Source: an uncultured delta proteobacterium
Lineage (GTDB): Bacteria; Myxococcota_A; Polyangia; Polyangiales; Polyangiaceae
Reading direction: 5' to 3'
DNA length: 64,000 nt
Assembly: GCA_963850305.1 (NCBI GenBank)
Contig: CAWKKR010000008.1
Location: 1,760,001-1,824,000 of the forward strand
Each line of letters begins with the position of its first letter. The stretch's first letter is position 1. A program made the translations under genes and the position numbers. The notes beneath the pieces were generated by a model. It did no database searches and had not been told where the DNA came from. It saw nothing but the letters and a program-made list of their open reading frames with translations. Shown in pieces: positions 23,984-35,101 of the stretch.

Positions 23984-25432
23984 ATGCTTCGAATCCACCG
24001 GGGTCCGGGACCTCACGCGCGACGGCTTCTTTCGAGCTTCCTCGTACCGGGGGTGTTGGGGCTCGCCGCATGCTCGTCGAGTAGCGGCGGCAAGAAGACA
24101 CCCGTGACCGCGGATGCCGGACCCGACGGCGGTGCGCCAGCGTGCGGCGAGTCGCTCGCGACACAGCGGACCGCCTGCACGTTTGCTTCTGGCGCGCTGC
24201 CTAAGGACACGCTCGGCGACTGCGCGACGAAGCCGATCCCGATCGAGCACATCATCATCGCGATGCAGGAGAACCGCTCCTTCGATCACTACTTCGGACA
24301 TCTCCCCGGACACGGCCAGGACGACGTGGACGTGCCGCCCGCGGACGAGTGGAACCCGAGCCCGCCCGACGCGGGCGTCCCGCCAGCTCCGGTCCCATGG
24401 CATCACGATCAGTCCTACTGTATCGACGACACGGATCACGGCTGGGTGGCGAGTCACGGCCAGTACGACGACGGCAAGAACGACGGGTTCGCACTCACGA
24501 ACGTGATCGCCCAGGATCGCACGGGGCAGCGTGCGCTCGGATACTACGATCAGACGGATATCCCTTTCTATTACAGCCTGGCCTCGACGTTCGCGATATC
24601 GGACCGGTACTTCTGCTCGCTGCTCGGACCGACGTATCCGAACCGGGAGTATCTGCTCGCGGGAACGTCGTTCGGCTCGGTCGCGACGGACGAGGGTCCG
24701 CGAAACGGGCTCGCGCCGGCGGGCGTCCCGAATATCTTCAAGGTGCTCGACGCAGCCGGCATCACGTGGAGGGACTACTACTCGGATCTGCCGGCCGCGT
24801 TCCTCTTCTCGGACTACGAGCCGACAGCGGTGGCCAACGGCAACGTCGTCGACGTGAGCCAGTTCGCGATCGACGCGGCTGCGGGCAACTTGCCCCAGGT
24901 GTCCTTCATCGATCCGACGTTCCTGCCCGTGCCGGACATTCAATCGGAGACCGACGAACACCCGCCTGCGGACATCCAGGTCGGGCAGCATTTCATCTGG
25001 ACGCAAGTCACGGCGCTACTGAGCAGCCCGAACTGGAAGTCGTCGGCAATGTTCATCACGTACGACGAGCACGGCGGAATGTACGACCACGTCCCGCCTC
25101 CCGCCGCTTGCCCGCCCGATGATACGCCACCCGACGAAAACCCCGAAATCGGCGGGTACGACCGGCTCGGGTTCCGTGTGCCCGTGTTCGTCGTTTCCCC
25201 CTACGCCAAGCGCCATTTCGTGTCGCATCAGGTCCACTCGCACACCTCGATTTTGCGGTTCCTCGAGACGAAGTTCAATTTGCCCGCGCTCACCAATCGC
25301 GACGCAAACTCGGACGCCATGTTCGACTTCTTCGATTTCGATTCGCCTCCCGACCTCACGGTGCCAGCTTTCACTGAGCCCGCCGTCGATCCGACGCAGC
25401 TCACCGCCTGCACCACGCCTTCGACCGAGTAG
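23984..25432 (+). CDS. Phospholipase C / phosphoesterase family lipoprotein
   Basis: Lipobox LAAC; ENRSFDHYFG, GPTYPNR, DEHP, YDEHGGMYDHVPPP, GFRVP. Confidence 0.9.
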   Translation: MLRIHRGPGPHARRLLSSFLVPGVLGLAACSSSSGGKKTPVTADAGPDGGAPACGESLATQRTACTFASGALPKDTLGDCATKPIPIEHIIIAMQENRSFDHYFGHLPGHGQDDVDVPPADEWNPSPPDAGVPPAPVPWHHDQSYCIDDTDHGWVASHGQYDDGKNDGFALTNVIAQDRTGQRALGYYDQTDIPFYYSLASTFAISDRYFCSLLGPTYPNREYLLAGTSFGSVATDEGPRNGLAPAGVPNIFKVLDAAGITWRDYYSDLPAAFLFSDYEPTAVANGNVVDVSQFAIDAAAGNLPQVSFIDPTFLPVPDIQSETDEHPPADIQVGQHFIWTQVTALLSSPNWKSSAMFITYDEHGGMYDHVPPPAACPPDDTPPDENPEIGGYDRLGFRVPVFVVSPYAKRHFVSHQVHSHTSILRFLETKFNLPALTNRDANSDAMFDFFDFDSPPDLTVPAFTEPAVDPTQLTACTTPSTE

Positions 25433-25535
25433 CCTTCTATTTTCGAACGAAGAAATGAGGGATCGTCGCCAGACGGCCTCGCGTGGCGTGCCACGACTCG
25501 TCGCATGGGCTAACCTCGGCGCGTCGCCGGCCCGC

Positions 25536-27212
25536 ATGGATCTCCTTTACTTCATCATCCTGACGAGCTCGCTGATCTTCGTTCACGAGTTCGGTCACTT
25601 CGTGTTCGCGAAGGCGTTCGGCGTGAAGGTGCTCACCTTCAGCCTCGGCTTCGGCCCCAAGATCCTGCGATTTCGGGGGCGCGAGACCGAATACTGCATC
25701 GGGCTTCTTCCTCTCGGCGGGTACGTTTCGATGCTCGAGGAATCGAAAGCAGAAGTGGTTCATCCGGAGGATCGCAACCGGACGTTCGAGTCGCTTCCCG
25801 TCTACAAGCGACTCCTGATCGTCCTTGCCGGACCGGCGATGAACCTCGTTTTCCCGGTACTCCTCTACTTCTCCGTCTTCATTTCATCCGCGACGTTCTT
25901 GCCGCCAACGGTCGGCGTCGTGCTTCCGGGACATCCGGCGGATGGCAAGCTCAAGCCCGGTGACCGGATCATGTCGATCAACGGCGAGGACGTCGGGACG
26001 TTCGACGAGGTGAAACGCATCGTGTCGCGGAGCCCGGGGCACGTGCTCGTGTTCCGGGTTTTTCGTGACGATCACTACGTGGACGTCGATGTCGTGCCGG
26101 AAGAAACGGTGGAACGCCGCGAACTCGACATCAGCGAACGCGTGGGGGCCATCGGGGTTCAACCGAGCGCGCCCGCCGCCGTCATCGGCGTCCCGAGTTC
26201 GGACTCGCCGGCCTACCGCGCGGGGCTCCGCACCTTCGACGTCGTGACGAACGTCTCCGGAAAGCCCATTCGCCGGTTCATGGATCTCGAGGACGTCCTC
26301 GATCAGAACCGTGGCGAAACGGTACCGGTGACGTACATGCGTCCCGTCCCGGTCGCGGGAGCGCTCGGCGGCCTCTCGGACATGGCCGTCTTCGAGACCG
26401 GCGTGGTCGCTCTGACCCCGGACGCATCGGGTGACGATCTGCTCGGTCGTACCGGGATCGAGCTCGCGGACCTTTATGCGTCCACGGTGCCGGAAGAGTC
26501 GTACTTCTACAAGGCCGGGCTCCGCGTGGGCGACAAGGTGCTCGATCTCGACGGCGTGCCGTTGCCTGCGTGGTCCGCATTTCGCGAGCGAATGCTGGCC
26601 GAGCCGGATCGACCGCACCGGATTCAGTACCTTGCCGCGCGCGACGGCAAGGTCCGGTACGGGACGTTCCAGATGCGCCGCGAGGATTTCGTCGATGAGC
26701 ATGGACAGACGTTCGCGCGTTACGTGATGCAGGTTGCGCACTGGGTGCCGCTCGCGCCGGAAGGTCTGGTCGAGCATCCATCGCCGGTGCGGTACGCCTT
26801 CGGGAAAGCCATCGAGGAGACGTCGGACGTCACCCGTTTCATCGTCATCGGCATCGTGCGATTGATCGAAGGACGGCTCAGTCTCGATTCGCTCTCCGGA
26901 CCGATCACCATTTACGAGGTCGCCGGGGAGGAGGGCAGAAAGGGGCCCGACTATTTCGTCTGGGTGATGGCGGTCCTCAGCATCAATCTGGGGTTGTTGA
27001 ATCTACTGCCGATCCCGGTGCTCGATGGCGGGCATCTCGTGTTCTTCGTCGCGGAAGCGGTGATGCGAAGACCACTGCCGCTGCGGTTCCGGGAAGTCGC
27101 GCATATCATCGGCATGGCCGTCGTGGTTGCGTTGATGGCCCTCGCGTTCAAGAACGACGTCGAGAAGCGCTGGGACGTGATCACCGGCCAGGTCCGGGAC
27201 CTTCTCGGGTAG
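25536..27212 (+). CDS. rseP: RIP metalloprotease RseP
   Basis: HEFGH, FSLGFGP, PLGGYV, AGPAMN, PDZ-like segments, NLLPIPVLDGGH. Confidence 0.93.
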   Translation: MDLLYFIILTSSLIFVHEFGHFVFAKAFGVKVLTFSLGFGPKILRFRGRETEYCIGLLPLGGYVSMLEESKAEVVHPEDRNRTFESLPVYKRLLIVLAGPAMNLVFPVLLYFSVFISSATFLPPTVGVVLPGHPADGKLKPGDRIMSINGEDVGTFDEVKRIVSRSPGHVLVFRVFRDDHYVDVDVVPEETVERRELDISERVGAIGVQPSAPAAVIGVPSSDSPAYRAGLRTFDVVTNVSGKPIRRFMDLEDVLDQNRGETVPVTYMRPVPVAGALGGLSDMAVFETGVVALTPDASGDDLLGRTGIELADLYASTVPEESYFYKAGLRVGDKVLDLDGVPLPAWSAFRERMLAEPDRPHRIQYLAARDGKVRYGTFQMRREDFVDEHGQTFARYVMQVAHWVPLAPEGLVEHPSPVRYAFGKAIEETSDVTRFIVIGIVRLIEGRLSLDSLSGPITIYEVAGEEGRKGPDYFVWVMAVLSINLGLLNLLPIPVLDGGHLVFFVAEAVMRRPLPLRFREVAHIIGMAVVVALMALAFKNDVEKRWDVITGQVRDLLG

Positions 27213-27217
27213 CCGCC

Positions 27218-28534
27218 TTGGCAAGAAGATCGGACGTCCCTCCGCGTCGCGAACCACCGAACGCGCGCACCGTAGCGGCACGCGTTCTCGAACGCGTGGA
27301 ACGCGACGGCGCGTACGCTGCGGCGGCGCTCGACGCCGAGTTCGAACGAAGCTCGCAGCTCGACGTGCGGGATCGCGCCCTCGCGACGGAGATCGTCTAC
27401 GGCGTGCTTCGCGCGAAGCAATTTCTTTCGACCCGCCTAGCGCAGCAGGCACCCCGCGGACTTCCGGACGACCCGTTGCTCGTCGCGCACCTGCTCGTGG
27501 CGGCGTATCAGGTTCTGTTTCTCGATCGAGTTCCGAGCCACGCCGCGGTCAACGGTGCCGTCTCGGCAATCAAGCTCGCGCGCAGCGAGAGAACGGCGGG
27601 TTTCGCGAACGCGATCCTCCGGAAAGTGGCCGCCGATTCGCGCGAGACCTCGCGCGAGGAAGCGATCCTCGAGAGTGCTCCGCCGTGGCTCGCCGCGGAA
27701 CTCGAGAGCGCGGTCGGTTCCGACGAGGCGCGCGCCCTGCTCGGCGCGGGCGGAGCGGACCCCGGGGGCTCGAGTGTGCGCGTGACCGCCGGCTCGCCGG
27801 GGGAGCTTCTCGCCGATGGCGCACGTGGTCTCGCGTCCCCGCTCGCACGATTGTTACCCCGTGGAGGCGATCTCCGTCGCCGCGACGGTTACGCCGATGG
27901 CACGTTCACCATCCAGGAAGAAGGAGCACAGGTCGTCGCGCTCGCGCTGGGAGCGCGGCCAGGGGAGCACGTTCTCGACGCCTGCGCCGGACGCGGCCAG
28001 AAGACCACGTTGCTCCGCGAACGTGTCGGGCCGGACGCCACGCTCTGGGCAACGGATCTGTATCCCGAGAAGCTTCAGGCTCAGGCCGCGGAATTCGCGC
28101 GGCTGAAGCTACGACCCGCGATCACCAGGGCGGTGGACTATGCCGTTGGAGTCGGTGACGTGCCGGATGGATTCGACCGGGTGCTCGTCGACGCTCCTTG
28201 CACCGGTACCGGCACCCTGCGACGACGGCCCGAGATCGCGCTTCGTCTCCAGCCGGAGGATCCGCGCCGGCTGGGCGCACTCGGGGCCCGCATCCTCGAA
28301 CGCGCTGCGAGCCGGGCAAAGGCCGGCGGTCGCGTCGTCTTCGCCGTGTGCAGCGTGCTCCCGAAGGAGTGCGAGGAAGCCGTGCGGCACGTGCTGCATC
28401 TGCTCGAGCCGGCTCCGTTCGATGCACCCGAGATCGCCCACCTCGTTTCCCCGGAGGCAACGACGCTTCGATTATCGCCGTTGCGCCACGGCACGGACGG
28501 CTTCTTCATCGCCAGCTTTCGGCGCCGGGGCTGA
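27218..28534 (+). CDS. rsmB: 16S rRNA m5C methyltransferase RsmB (NusB-like N-terminus)
   Basis: ATEIVYGVLR, GFANAILRK, IQEEG, LDACAGRGQKT, DAPCTGTG, VCS. Confidence 0.88.
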   Translation: MARRSDVPPRREPPNARTVAARVLERVERDGAYAAAALDAEFERSSQLDVRDRALATEIVYGVLRAKQFLSTRLAQQAPRGLPDDPLLVAHLLVAAYQVLFLDRVPSHAAVNGAVSAIKLARSERTAGFANAILRKVAADSRETSREEAILESAPPWLAAELESAVGSDEARALLGAGGADPGGSSVRVTAGSPGELLADGARGLASPLARLLPRGGDLRRRDGYADGTFTIQEEGAQVVALALGARPGEHVLDACAGRGQKTTLLRERVGPDATLWATDLYPEKLQAQAAEFARLKLRPAITRAVDYAVGVGDVPDGFDRVLVDAPCTGTGTLRRRPEIALRLQPEDPRRLGALGARILERAASRAKAGGRVVFAVCSVLPKECEEAVRHVLHLLEPAPFDAPEIAHLVSPEATTLRLSPLRHGTDGFFIASFRRRG

Positions 28535-28586
28535 CCGTCGGGCTCCCGCGCTTGCGTTTGCCGCGCGGCCGCGACAAACAGGGGCG

Positions 28587-29372
28587 ATGAAACTCGCTCT
28601 CCACGGCGCCACCGGGCGCATGGGTCGCGCCATCGCATCGCTCTCGCAGGCGGCGAGGGACGTGGCGATCGTCGGTGCGGCGGCGGCCCCCTCGGATCCC
28701 CATCAGGGCAAGGATCTGGGAGAGCTCGCCGGTGTCGGTAGTCTAGGCGTCGCGATCACGGCGGACGTCGCGTCGGCGCTGCTTGGAGCGGAGGTCGCCA
28801 TCGATTTCTCCATCGCCGCCGCGGTGAAGCCGTTTCTCGCCCACGCCGTTCGTCAGGGGGTCCCTGCCGTCATCGGGACCACGAATCTGGACGCGGAGAC
28901 CGTCGGAGCCATCAATCGCGCCGCGGCATCGATTCCGGTCCTCTGGGCCGCGAACATGAGCCTCGGCGTTCAAGTGCTCGCCGAGCTCGTGGAGCACGCG
29001 CTTCGCCGATTGGGTCCGGACTACGACGCGGAGATCGTCGAGATCCATCACAGAAGAAAGGTCGACGCGCCCAGCGGGACGGCGAAGCGGCTCGCCGACG
29101 CGGTGAGAAAGGTCCGCCCCGAGTCCGTCGAGCTCCACGGTCGCGACGGGGAGGTCGGCGCGCGGAAACGAGACGAGCTTGCCGTCTTCGGTGTCCGCGG
29201 GGGCGACGTGGTCGGTGATCACACCGTATTCCTGCTGGGGTCCGGCGAACGCATCGAGCTCGTCCATCGAGCGACGAATCGCGATCTGTTTGCCGCTGGC
29301 GCCCTGCGCGCCGCCCGGTTCCTCGTTGGGAAGAAGCCAGGGCGTTACACCATCGCCGACGTCCTCGGCTGA
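28587..29372 (+). CDS. dapB: 4-hydroxy-tetrahydrodipicolinate reductase
   Basis: GATGRMG, IDFS, GTT, EIHHRRKVDAPSGTA, RGGDVVGDH. Confidence 0.95.
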   Translation: MKLALHGATGRMGRAIASLSQAARDVAIVGAAAAPSDPHQGKDLGELAGVGSLGVAITADVASALLGAEVAIDFSIAAAVKPFLAHAVRQGVPAVIGTTNLDAETVGAINRAAASIPVLWAANMSLGVQVLAELVEHALRRLGPDYDAEIVEIHHRRKVDAPSGTAKRLADAVRKVRPESVELHGRDGEVGARKRDELAVFGVRGGDVVGDHTVFLLGSGERIELVHRATNRDLFAAGALRAARFLVGKKPGRYTIADVLG

Positions 29373-29414
29373 GCGCCAGAGACACCCGGACGGGTGCCCA
29401 GCCGCAGGGGGCGG

Positions 29415-30333
29415 TCAGGCCTTCTGCGCGCCGTCTTCCTTCGGCGGCGCGTCGTCCTCGTCCGGGCCCTCCTCGGGCTCGTCGTCGGCATCCGTGTACC
29501 AGTGCGCCGGAATCCTCTTCTTGAAGCTGACATAGAGCCCGATGTAGCCCGCAACGGCGGGGACGATTGAATAGAATCTGGCCCTCGGTGAGCGGGAGCC
29601 CCACGGCCCATGCCTGGTACTCCTTGAAGTACTCGACGACGAACCTTCCCGTGAAGTAGATGGCGAAGAAGAGCGAGATCATCGCGCCGCGTGGACGGTC
29701 TTCTTCTCCGAGCTTCTTGTCGAAGAGATAGAGCGACCCAAGCACGAACAGACCGAGGGCCACTTCGTAGAGCTGGCTCGGATGGCGGTAGATCGGCGTG
29801 ATCGCATCACGATCGTACCTGGGGAAGAACACGCCCCATGTCTGATCCGTCTTCCGGCCCACGATTTCCGAATTGAACCAATTCCCGATACGGACGAGCG
29901 TCGCGCCGAGCCCCGCGGAATAGGAAAATCTGTCGCACCCTTCGATGAAGGATTGTCTCTTCTTGCGCGTGAAGAGCCACATCGCTACCAGGAGGCCGAT
30001 GGTCCCTCCGTGGCTCGCGAGCCCGCCCTTGTAGATCTGGAAGATGAACAGCGGGTCGCGCAGGAAGTGGTCCCATTCGTAAAGGAACACGTGGCCGCAC
30101 CGCGCGCCGATCAGCGTGCCGAGAACGCCGTAGATGACGAAGTCGCTCGCGTCCTCTTCCGGGCCGCCTGCGCGCTGAATCTGCCAGTCGAGCAGTCGGT
30201 ACCCGCCGAGGAACACGCCGACGTAGAGCAGGCTGTAGTAGCGGATCCCGTCGCCCGGGAGCGGCATCCAGCTCGGGTAGTGGACGATGATCGGATCGAG
30301 GTTCCACGTGAATTTCGGCAAGATGCCCATCAT
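29415..30333 (-). CDS. lgt: Prolipoprotein diacylglyceryl transferase, indel near 29570
   Basis: IRYY, GARCGHV, GGLASHGG, RIGNWFNSEIVG, RHPSQLYE, GRFVVEYFK; acidic tail ending TGA at 29415. Confidence 0.9.
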
Positions 30334-30448
30334 TGCTATCGGGTCTCCGAGCGAGGCATCGGGCCTCGGCGCGTCGTTGTAGTCCGAATCAAAGGCCGGG
30401 TCGACCTGACGTTGACGACCCGGTATCCTCCGGACGACCGAGATCAAA

Positions 30449-32221
30449 ATGACCCAACGAACCCTCCCTCTCCGTGGCGCCGCGAATCCGTCCAGGAACG
30501 GTGACGGCACGAACCCCGGCTCCTTCTCCAACGCGGCCGACGTCGGTTCCAGGCTCGCTTATTCGTCTCCGGACACGCCGGGGATGCCCCTCGCGAGCGA
30601 GAAGACCGCATGGGACTTTCTTCCCGAAGGCTGGCGTCGTGAAGGCGACCGCGCGATCGCAAAATCCGGATTCGTGGCGGTCACGCAGCTCGAGCAGGCT
30701 CGGCTGGGCACCGTCACCGCCGAGATGCGTCGCGTGGCCGAACGCGAGCCGCATCTGACGCCCGAGCAAGTGAGGGTCGAGGTCGCCGCAGGTCGGCTGA
30801 TCATTCCGGCGAACCGGGTGCATCTCTCTTATGACCTCGACGCCACGGGCGTCGGTCGCGCGGCGCGAACGAAGATCAACGCCAACATGGGCGCGTCACC
30901 CGTCGCCAGCGACACTGACGCCGAAGTCGAGAAGCTGCGCTGGGCCGAGCGCTGGGGCGCCGACACCGTCATGGATCTGTCCACCGGCGGCGACGTGGAC
31001 GCCTGTCGCGACGCGATCGTCCGGAACTCGCGCGTGCCCATCGGCACGGTCCCGATCTACTCGATGATCCTCGGACGGCGGATCGAGGATCTGACGGAAA
31101 AGGTGATCCTGGAGTCGATCCTTCATCAGGCGAAGCAAGGCGTGGACTACTTCACGATCCACGCCGGCGTGCTCCGTGAGCACCTGCCATTCGTGAAGCG
31201 GCGGCTCATCGGGATCGTCAGCCGCGGCGGTTCGTTGCTCGCCAAGTGGATGCTCGTCCACGGCAAGCAGAACCCGATGTACACGCACTTCGAGGAAATC
31301 TGCGACATCATGCGCGAGTACGACGTCTCGTTCTCGCTCGGCGACGGGCTCCGCCCCGGCGGGCTCGCCGACGCTTCAGACGACGCGCAGCTCCGCGAAC
31401 TCGACACCCTCGGTGAGCTGACGGAGCGCGCGTGGCGTCGCGGGTGCCAGGTGATGGTCGAAGGGCCCGGCCACGTCCCGTTCGATCAGATCGAGTACAA
31501 CATGAAGCTCCAGCGCCGCGTTTGTCACGGCGCGCCTTTCTACGTGCTCGGACCGCTCGTGACCGACGTGTTCCCCGGCTACGACCACATCACGAGTTCT
31601 ATCGGCGCGACGGCGGCCGCGTATCACGGCGCGAGCCTGCTCTGTTACGTTACCCCGAAGGAGCACGTCGGGCTGCCGAAGAAGGACGACGTGAAGCAGG
31701 GTTGCATCGCGTACAAGATCGCTGCCCACGCCGCGGACGTCGCGCTCGGCATCCCGGGCACGCGGGACTGGGACGACGATCTGACCAAGGCGCGCGCCGC
31801 ACTGAACTGGGAGAAGCACTTCGAGCTCGCGTTCGATGGCGACTACGCGCGCGCGCTCCACGACGAAGACCTGGACGTGGACACGGACTTCTGCGGCATG
31901 TGCGGGCACGACTGGTGCTCGGTCCGCATCTCCAAGGAGATCGTCGAGTTCGCGAGCGGCAAGGCCGAAGGCTTCGAGCGCCTCCGTGTAGAGAAGAGCG
32001 CAGCTCTCACCGAAGATCAGAAGGCCGTTCTCGAGAAGCGCGGCGTGCTGCCTCCCGAAGAGATCCATCGTCTCGCCTCGAAGACCCGCAAAGCCGTCGG
32101 CGCGGAAGTGGGCGCGAAGGCGCCTTGCCACAGCGATCTGACCACGCCGGAGAGCGCGGAGCGCATCCAGAGCGCGAAGCTTGTCCAGATCCGCACGAAC
32201 GCGCGTTTCGACGCGGAGTGA
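30449..32221 (+). CDS. thiC: Phosphomethylpyrimidine synthase
   Basis: [55 protein letters not shown]. Confidence 0.96.
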   Translation: MTQRTLPLRGAANPSRNGDGTNPGSFSNAADVGSRLAYSSPDTPGMPLASEKTAWDFLPEGWRREGDRAIAKSGFVAVTQLEQARLGTVTAEMRRVAEREPHLTPEQVRVEVAAGRLIIPANRVHLSYDLDATGVGRAARTKINANMGASPVASDTDAEVEKLRWAERWGADTVMDLSTGGDVDACRDAIVRNSRVPIGTVPIYSMILGRRIEDLTEKVILESILHQAKQGVDYFTIHAGVLREHLPFVKRRLIGIVSRGGSLLAKWMLVHGKQNPMYTHFEEICDIMREYDVSFSLGDGLRPGGLADASDDAQLRELDTLGELTERAWRRGCQVMVEGPGHVPFDQIEYNMKLQRRVCHGAPFYVLGPLVTDVFPGYDHITSSIGATAAAYHGASLLCYVTPKEHVGLPKKDDVKQGCIAYKIAAHAADVALGIPGTRDWDDDLTKARAALNWEKHFELAFDGDYARALHDEDLDVDTDFCGMCGHDWCSVRISKEIVEFASGKAEGFERLRVEKSAALTEDQKAVLEKRGVLPPEEIHRLASKTRKAVGAEVGAKAPCHSDLTTPESAERIQSAKLVQIRTNARFDAE

Positions 32222-32224
32222 CAC

Positions 32225-33079
32225 TCAGCTCGCGTCGAGGAGCCCGCGGAGCTCGGGCGGCGCCACGCGATAGTCCCGCTTGCAATAATCGCAGCGGATC
32301 TCGAGCACGTCGCCGTCGTCGATCATCGATTGAATCTCGGCGCGAGGCAGGCTCGACAGAGCGGACACGACGCTCAGACGGCTGCACCAACACTCGAATC
32401 GAACATCGTCGTTCCCGAGCGGGGTAAAAGGCATGGCGTGAAGGAGATCGTCCGTCAGTGTCGAGGGCGAGAAGCCCCCCTCGACGAGACGCGCTCCGAT
32501 CGATCTGAACTCTTCCAGTCGCTCCGTCATGACCATCAGCGGACCGCGCTGCGCCTCGGGCAAGAGCTGCACGAGGTATCCGCCAGCGGACACGACGTCC
32601 GCACCGTCGATGACCGTCTCCACGACCACCATGGTGGAGATGTGCTCCGACACCTCGAGATATGTCATCAGCGCCTGAGCCACCCCGCCCGTTTCGGGGA
32701 GGGCGACGACTCCCTGCTGGAGACTGCCGTCGTGGAGTGTCCGCATGAGCCGCATGAGCCCGCCCGGCCCGATCTCGACGCTTGCGTCCGCGTTCGATCG
32801 CGTGATGAGTCCGCGGGTGCGCCCTGACGGATGCGAATCCGCCACGAGCGCCCCGCTTCGTCCGTTGCCACGCAGGATCGCCTGAACGCGGAGCTGCGGC
32901 GCCATCGTGACGCGCGTGAGCACCACGCTCGTGAGCAGATCCCCCAGCTGACGCGCCGCCTCGCCCGTCGCCCCCTGCGCGGCGAGCGCACCACGGACGG
33001 TGTCCGTCGTCTTCGTACTCACGACGCGGAACGCCCCGTCGTTCGTCATCGCACGAAAAACCGAGTCGGCGCCGGGCAT
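32225..33079 (-). CDS. hslO: Hsp33 redox-regulated chaperone
   Basis: YLEVSEH, AGGYLVQLLP, Zn motif CWC...CDYC. Confidence 0.9.
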   Translation of the reverse strand: MPGADSVFRAMTNDGAFRVVSTKTTDTVRGALAAQGATGEAARQLGDLLTSVVLTRVTMAPQLRVQAILRGNGRSGALVADSHPSGRTRGLITRSNADASVEIGPGGLMRLMRTLHDGSLQQGVVALPETGGVAQALMTYLEVSEHISTMVVVETVIDGADVVSAGGYLVQLLPEAQRGPLMVMTERLEEFRSIGARLVEGGFSPSTLTDDLLHAMPFTPLGNDDVRFECWCSRLSVVSALSSLPRAEIQSMIDDGDVLEIRCDYCKRDYRVAPPELRGLLDAS

Positions 33080-33241
33080 GGAGCACAAATGTAGTTCAGC
33101 GCGGGTCGGATGGCACCACCCGATCCAGTGCAAATCAAAATTTCCGCACTTGCTGCGACATCCCGTTTCCCACTTCTCCTACTCCCACGGCTCCCACGGA
33201 CGCGGGGTCTCGCTTGCGTCTATCCTGTCACATTGTCACCC

Positions 33242-34825
33242 ATGGCGCGCTGCCCCCGGCGAGTGTCTTCGGTTCGATGCGTGACCATGGCGCTGGTCGC
33301 GCTCGTGTCAGGTCTCGGCGCGTGCAGCAAGAGCGGCGCCGCGCCGCCCGGTGGTTCGCAATGCACTGCGACGGCGTGTGGCGCCGGGGGGTCCGTCGGT
33401 GCAGGCGGGTCCGTGACCAGCGGTGGCGCGAGCAGCAGCGGTGGCACGACCAGCAGCGGAGGTGGTGCCACGGGGAGCACTGGCGGCGAGGGTGGAGCGA
33501 CTTCGAGCGGTGGCGCTCCCGGCGACGCCGGGACGTCCGTGCCCGTCTTCACGCTCGTCATCGATGCGCCGAAGAACGAAGCGACGCTCAGCGGGCTCGT
33601 CACCGTGAGCGGCTTCGCGCCGGGGTTCGTCAACGTCGAGGTCTGGGACCCGACGCACGAGCACCCCCCGCTCGCACAGGCGACCCCGGCCTCGAACGGC
33701 GCGTTCTCCGTGGAGATCGACACCAGCGGTCTGGCTGCGGGCGCCACGACGTGGACCGTCTATGCCTGGGACGTGCCGCCCGGCGGAACTCCGACGCACA
33801 GCGCGAACGTCGCGTTGAACCTCACGATCGGCGGCGGTGCCGAGACCGACGCGGGCAGGAACGGCACCGAGACCATCGGCACCGGCGACATCTCCTCGCC
33901 CGCGGTCGGTCCGCCGCCGTCGGACGCGGTGAAGATCGGCGGTTCGAATTTCGTCCTCGTGAAGAACTGGGATTTCGGGACGGGCGGCACCATCCGCAAC
34001 GTGACCGATCTGACCACCGAGTTCGTCTTCCACGACCAGTTCGGGACCATCGCGAACGGGACGAACTACGGCGCCGTGATCGTCGCGCCGACCGCGGCGA
34101 CGGCGATCTCCGCGAGCGGTCTCGGTCTGCCGAACGACATGCAACCTGTCGAGGATCCGCTGCACCCGACTCGCGAGTGGACCGCCACGTCGATCCTCGC
34201 CCAAGTGCAGCCGCTCTCCACGTCGCAGACCACCGTGAGTGCGTCGTCGCACAACGCCGGCAACGGCAGCTTCGTCGCGAAATGGAAGCTCGCTGCCGGC
34301 GGCAAGCTTCTCGGCAAAGACCTGCTGTGGGAAACCCGGGCGCGCATGCCCGTGCCGGTCGCCGCGTACTGGTTCGCCCTGTGGACCGCGGGCAATCAGT
34401 GGAACGGCGGCGCGGAAATGGACACGCTCGAGTCCTTCGGGTCGGCGAACGTCTATCCGCCGCCGACCGCATTCCACGTGAACTCCGTCGGCGGAACCGA
34501 CTCCATCGACTATTCGAGCTGGCCGAACGGGTTGACCACCGCCGGTATCCCGACGACCGATCGCGATCTCACTGCGTATCACACGTGGGCGTGGCTCTAC
34601 CGGTCGGACGACACCTACGTCGTTTACTTTGACGGCTACGTCGCGCAAACCGGCACGCTCCACTGGACGCTCGCAGGTACCGAGGGAGGCCAGACGATCG
34701 ACATGGATTTCTTGTTCGACCTCTCCTGGGGTCACACGCAGGTCGCTTCCGTGAACGCCACACTGCCCGCCACCGATTTTCCGCTCACCTACGAGGTCGA
34801 CTACAGCCGCGTGTATCTGCGGTAG
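33242..34825 (+). CDS. Lipoprotein: Gly/Ser linker, Ig-like domain, GH16-like glycoside hydrolase domain
   Basis: Lipobox LGAC; GS-rich linker; ETRARMP..YWFALW..EMDTLE (ExDxxE); YHTWAW; YEVDYSRVY C-terminus. Confidence 0.7.
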   Translation: MARCPRRVSSVRCVTMALVALVSGLGACSKSGAAPPGGSQCTATACGAGGSVGAGGSVTSGGASSSGGTTSSGGGATGSTGGEGGATSSGGAPGDAGTSVPVFTLVIDAPKNEATLSGLVTVSGFAPGFVNVEVWDPTHEHPPLAQATPASNGAFSVEIDTSGLAAGATTWTVYAWDVPPGGTPTHSANVALNLTIGGGAETDAGRNGTETIGTGDISSPAVGPPPSDAVKIGGSNFVLVKNWDFGTGGTIRNVTDLTTEFVFHDQFGTIANGTNYGAVIVAPTAATAISASGLGLPNDMQPVEDPLHPTREWTATSILAQVQPLSTSQTTVSASSHNAGNGSFVAKWKLAAGGKLLGKDLLWETRARMPVPVAAYWFALWTAGNQWNGGAEMDTLESFGSANVYPPPTAFHVNSVGGTDSIDYSSWPNGLTTAGIPTTDRDLTAYHTWAWLYRSDDTYVVYFDGYVAQTGTLHWTLAGTEGGQTIDMDFLFDLSWGHTQVASVNATLPATDFPLTYEVDYSRVYLR

Positions 34826-35101
34826 CTCCGTATCCGGCCGAGGCAAGACGCCTGCGTCCAGGGCCTTGGTCTCCCGCGACCAGCACGCCCCCCATCCCGA
34901 TCTTGATTGGTGCACCGGGAGCGCGTGCTCCGGAACGTTGGCTCTCGCGGTTGTGGCTGTCTTTCAGGACACGTTTCGGCCGGATCGGCAATGACCACGC
35001 CTTGGTGGACAGCCGATCACGTCGCGGTCAGCGACGACCCTGTCGCGAGGACAGCCGAACGCGTCCCGGTCAGCGACGCTCGATTCGGGGCACCCACTTC
35101 G

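Noticed and set aside
25119..25535. Long N-terminal extensions given by the ORF track (rseP; also hemL, dapB, nadC, mlaF, fadD, glyS)
   Set aside because: The extensions overlap neighbours or promoters and look non-coding; I used downstream starts matching family N-termini.
30334..30583. TPP riboswitch upstream of thiC
   Set aside because: No conserved aptamer core seen and little space.
34826..35101. Possible small gene or RNA between convergent genes
   Set aside because: Short ORFs lack motifs or an RBS, and I found no convincing structure.
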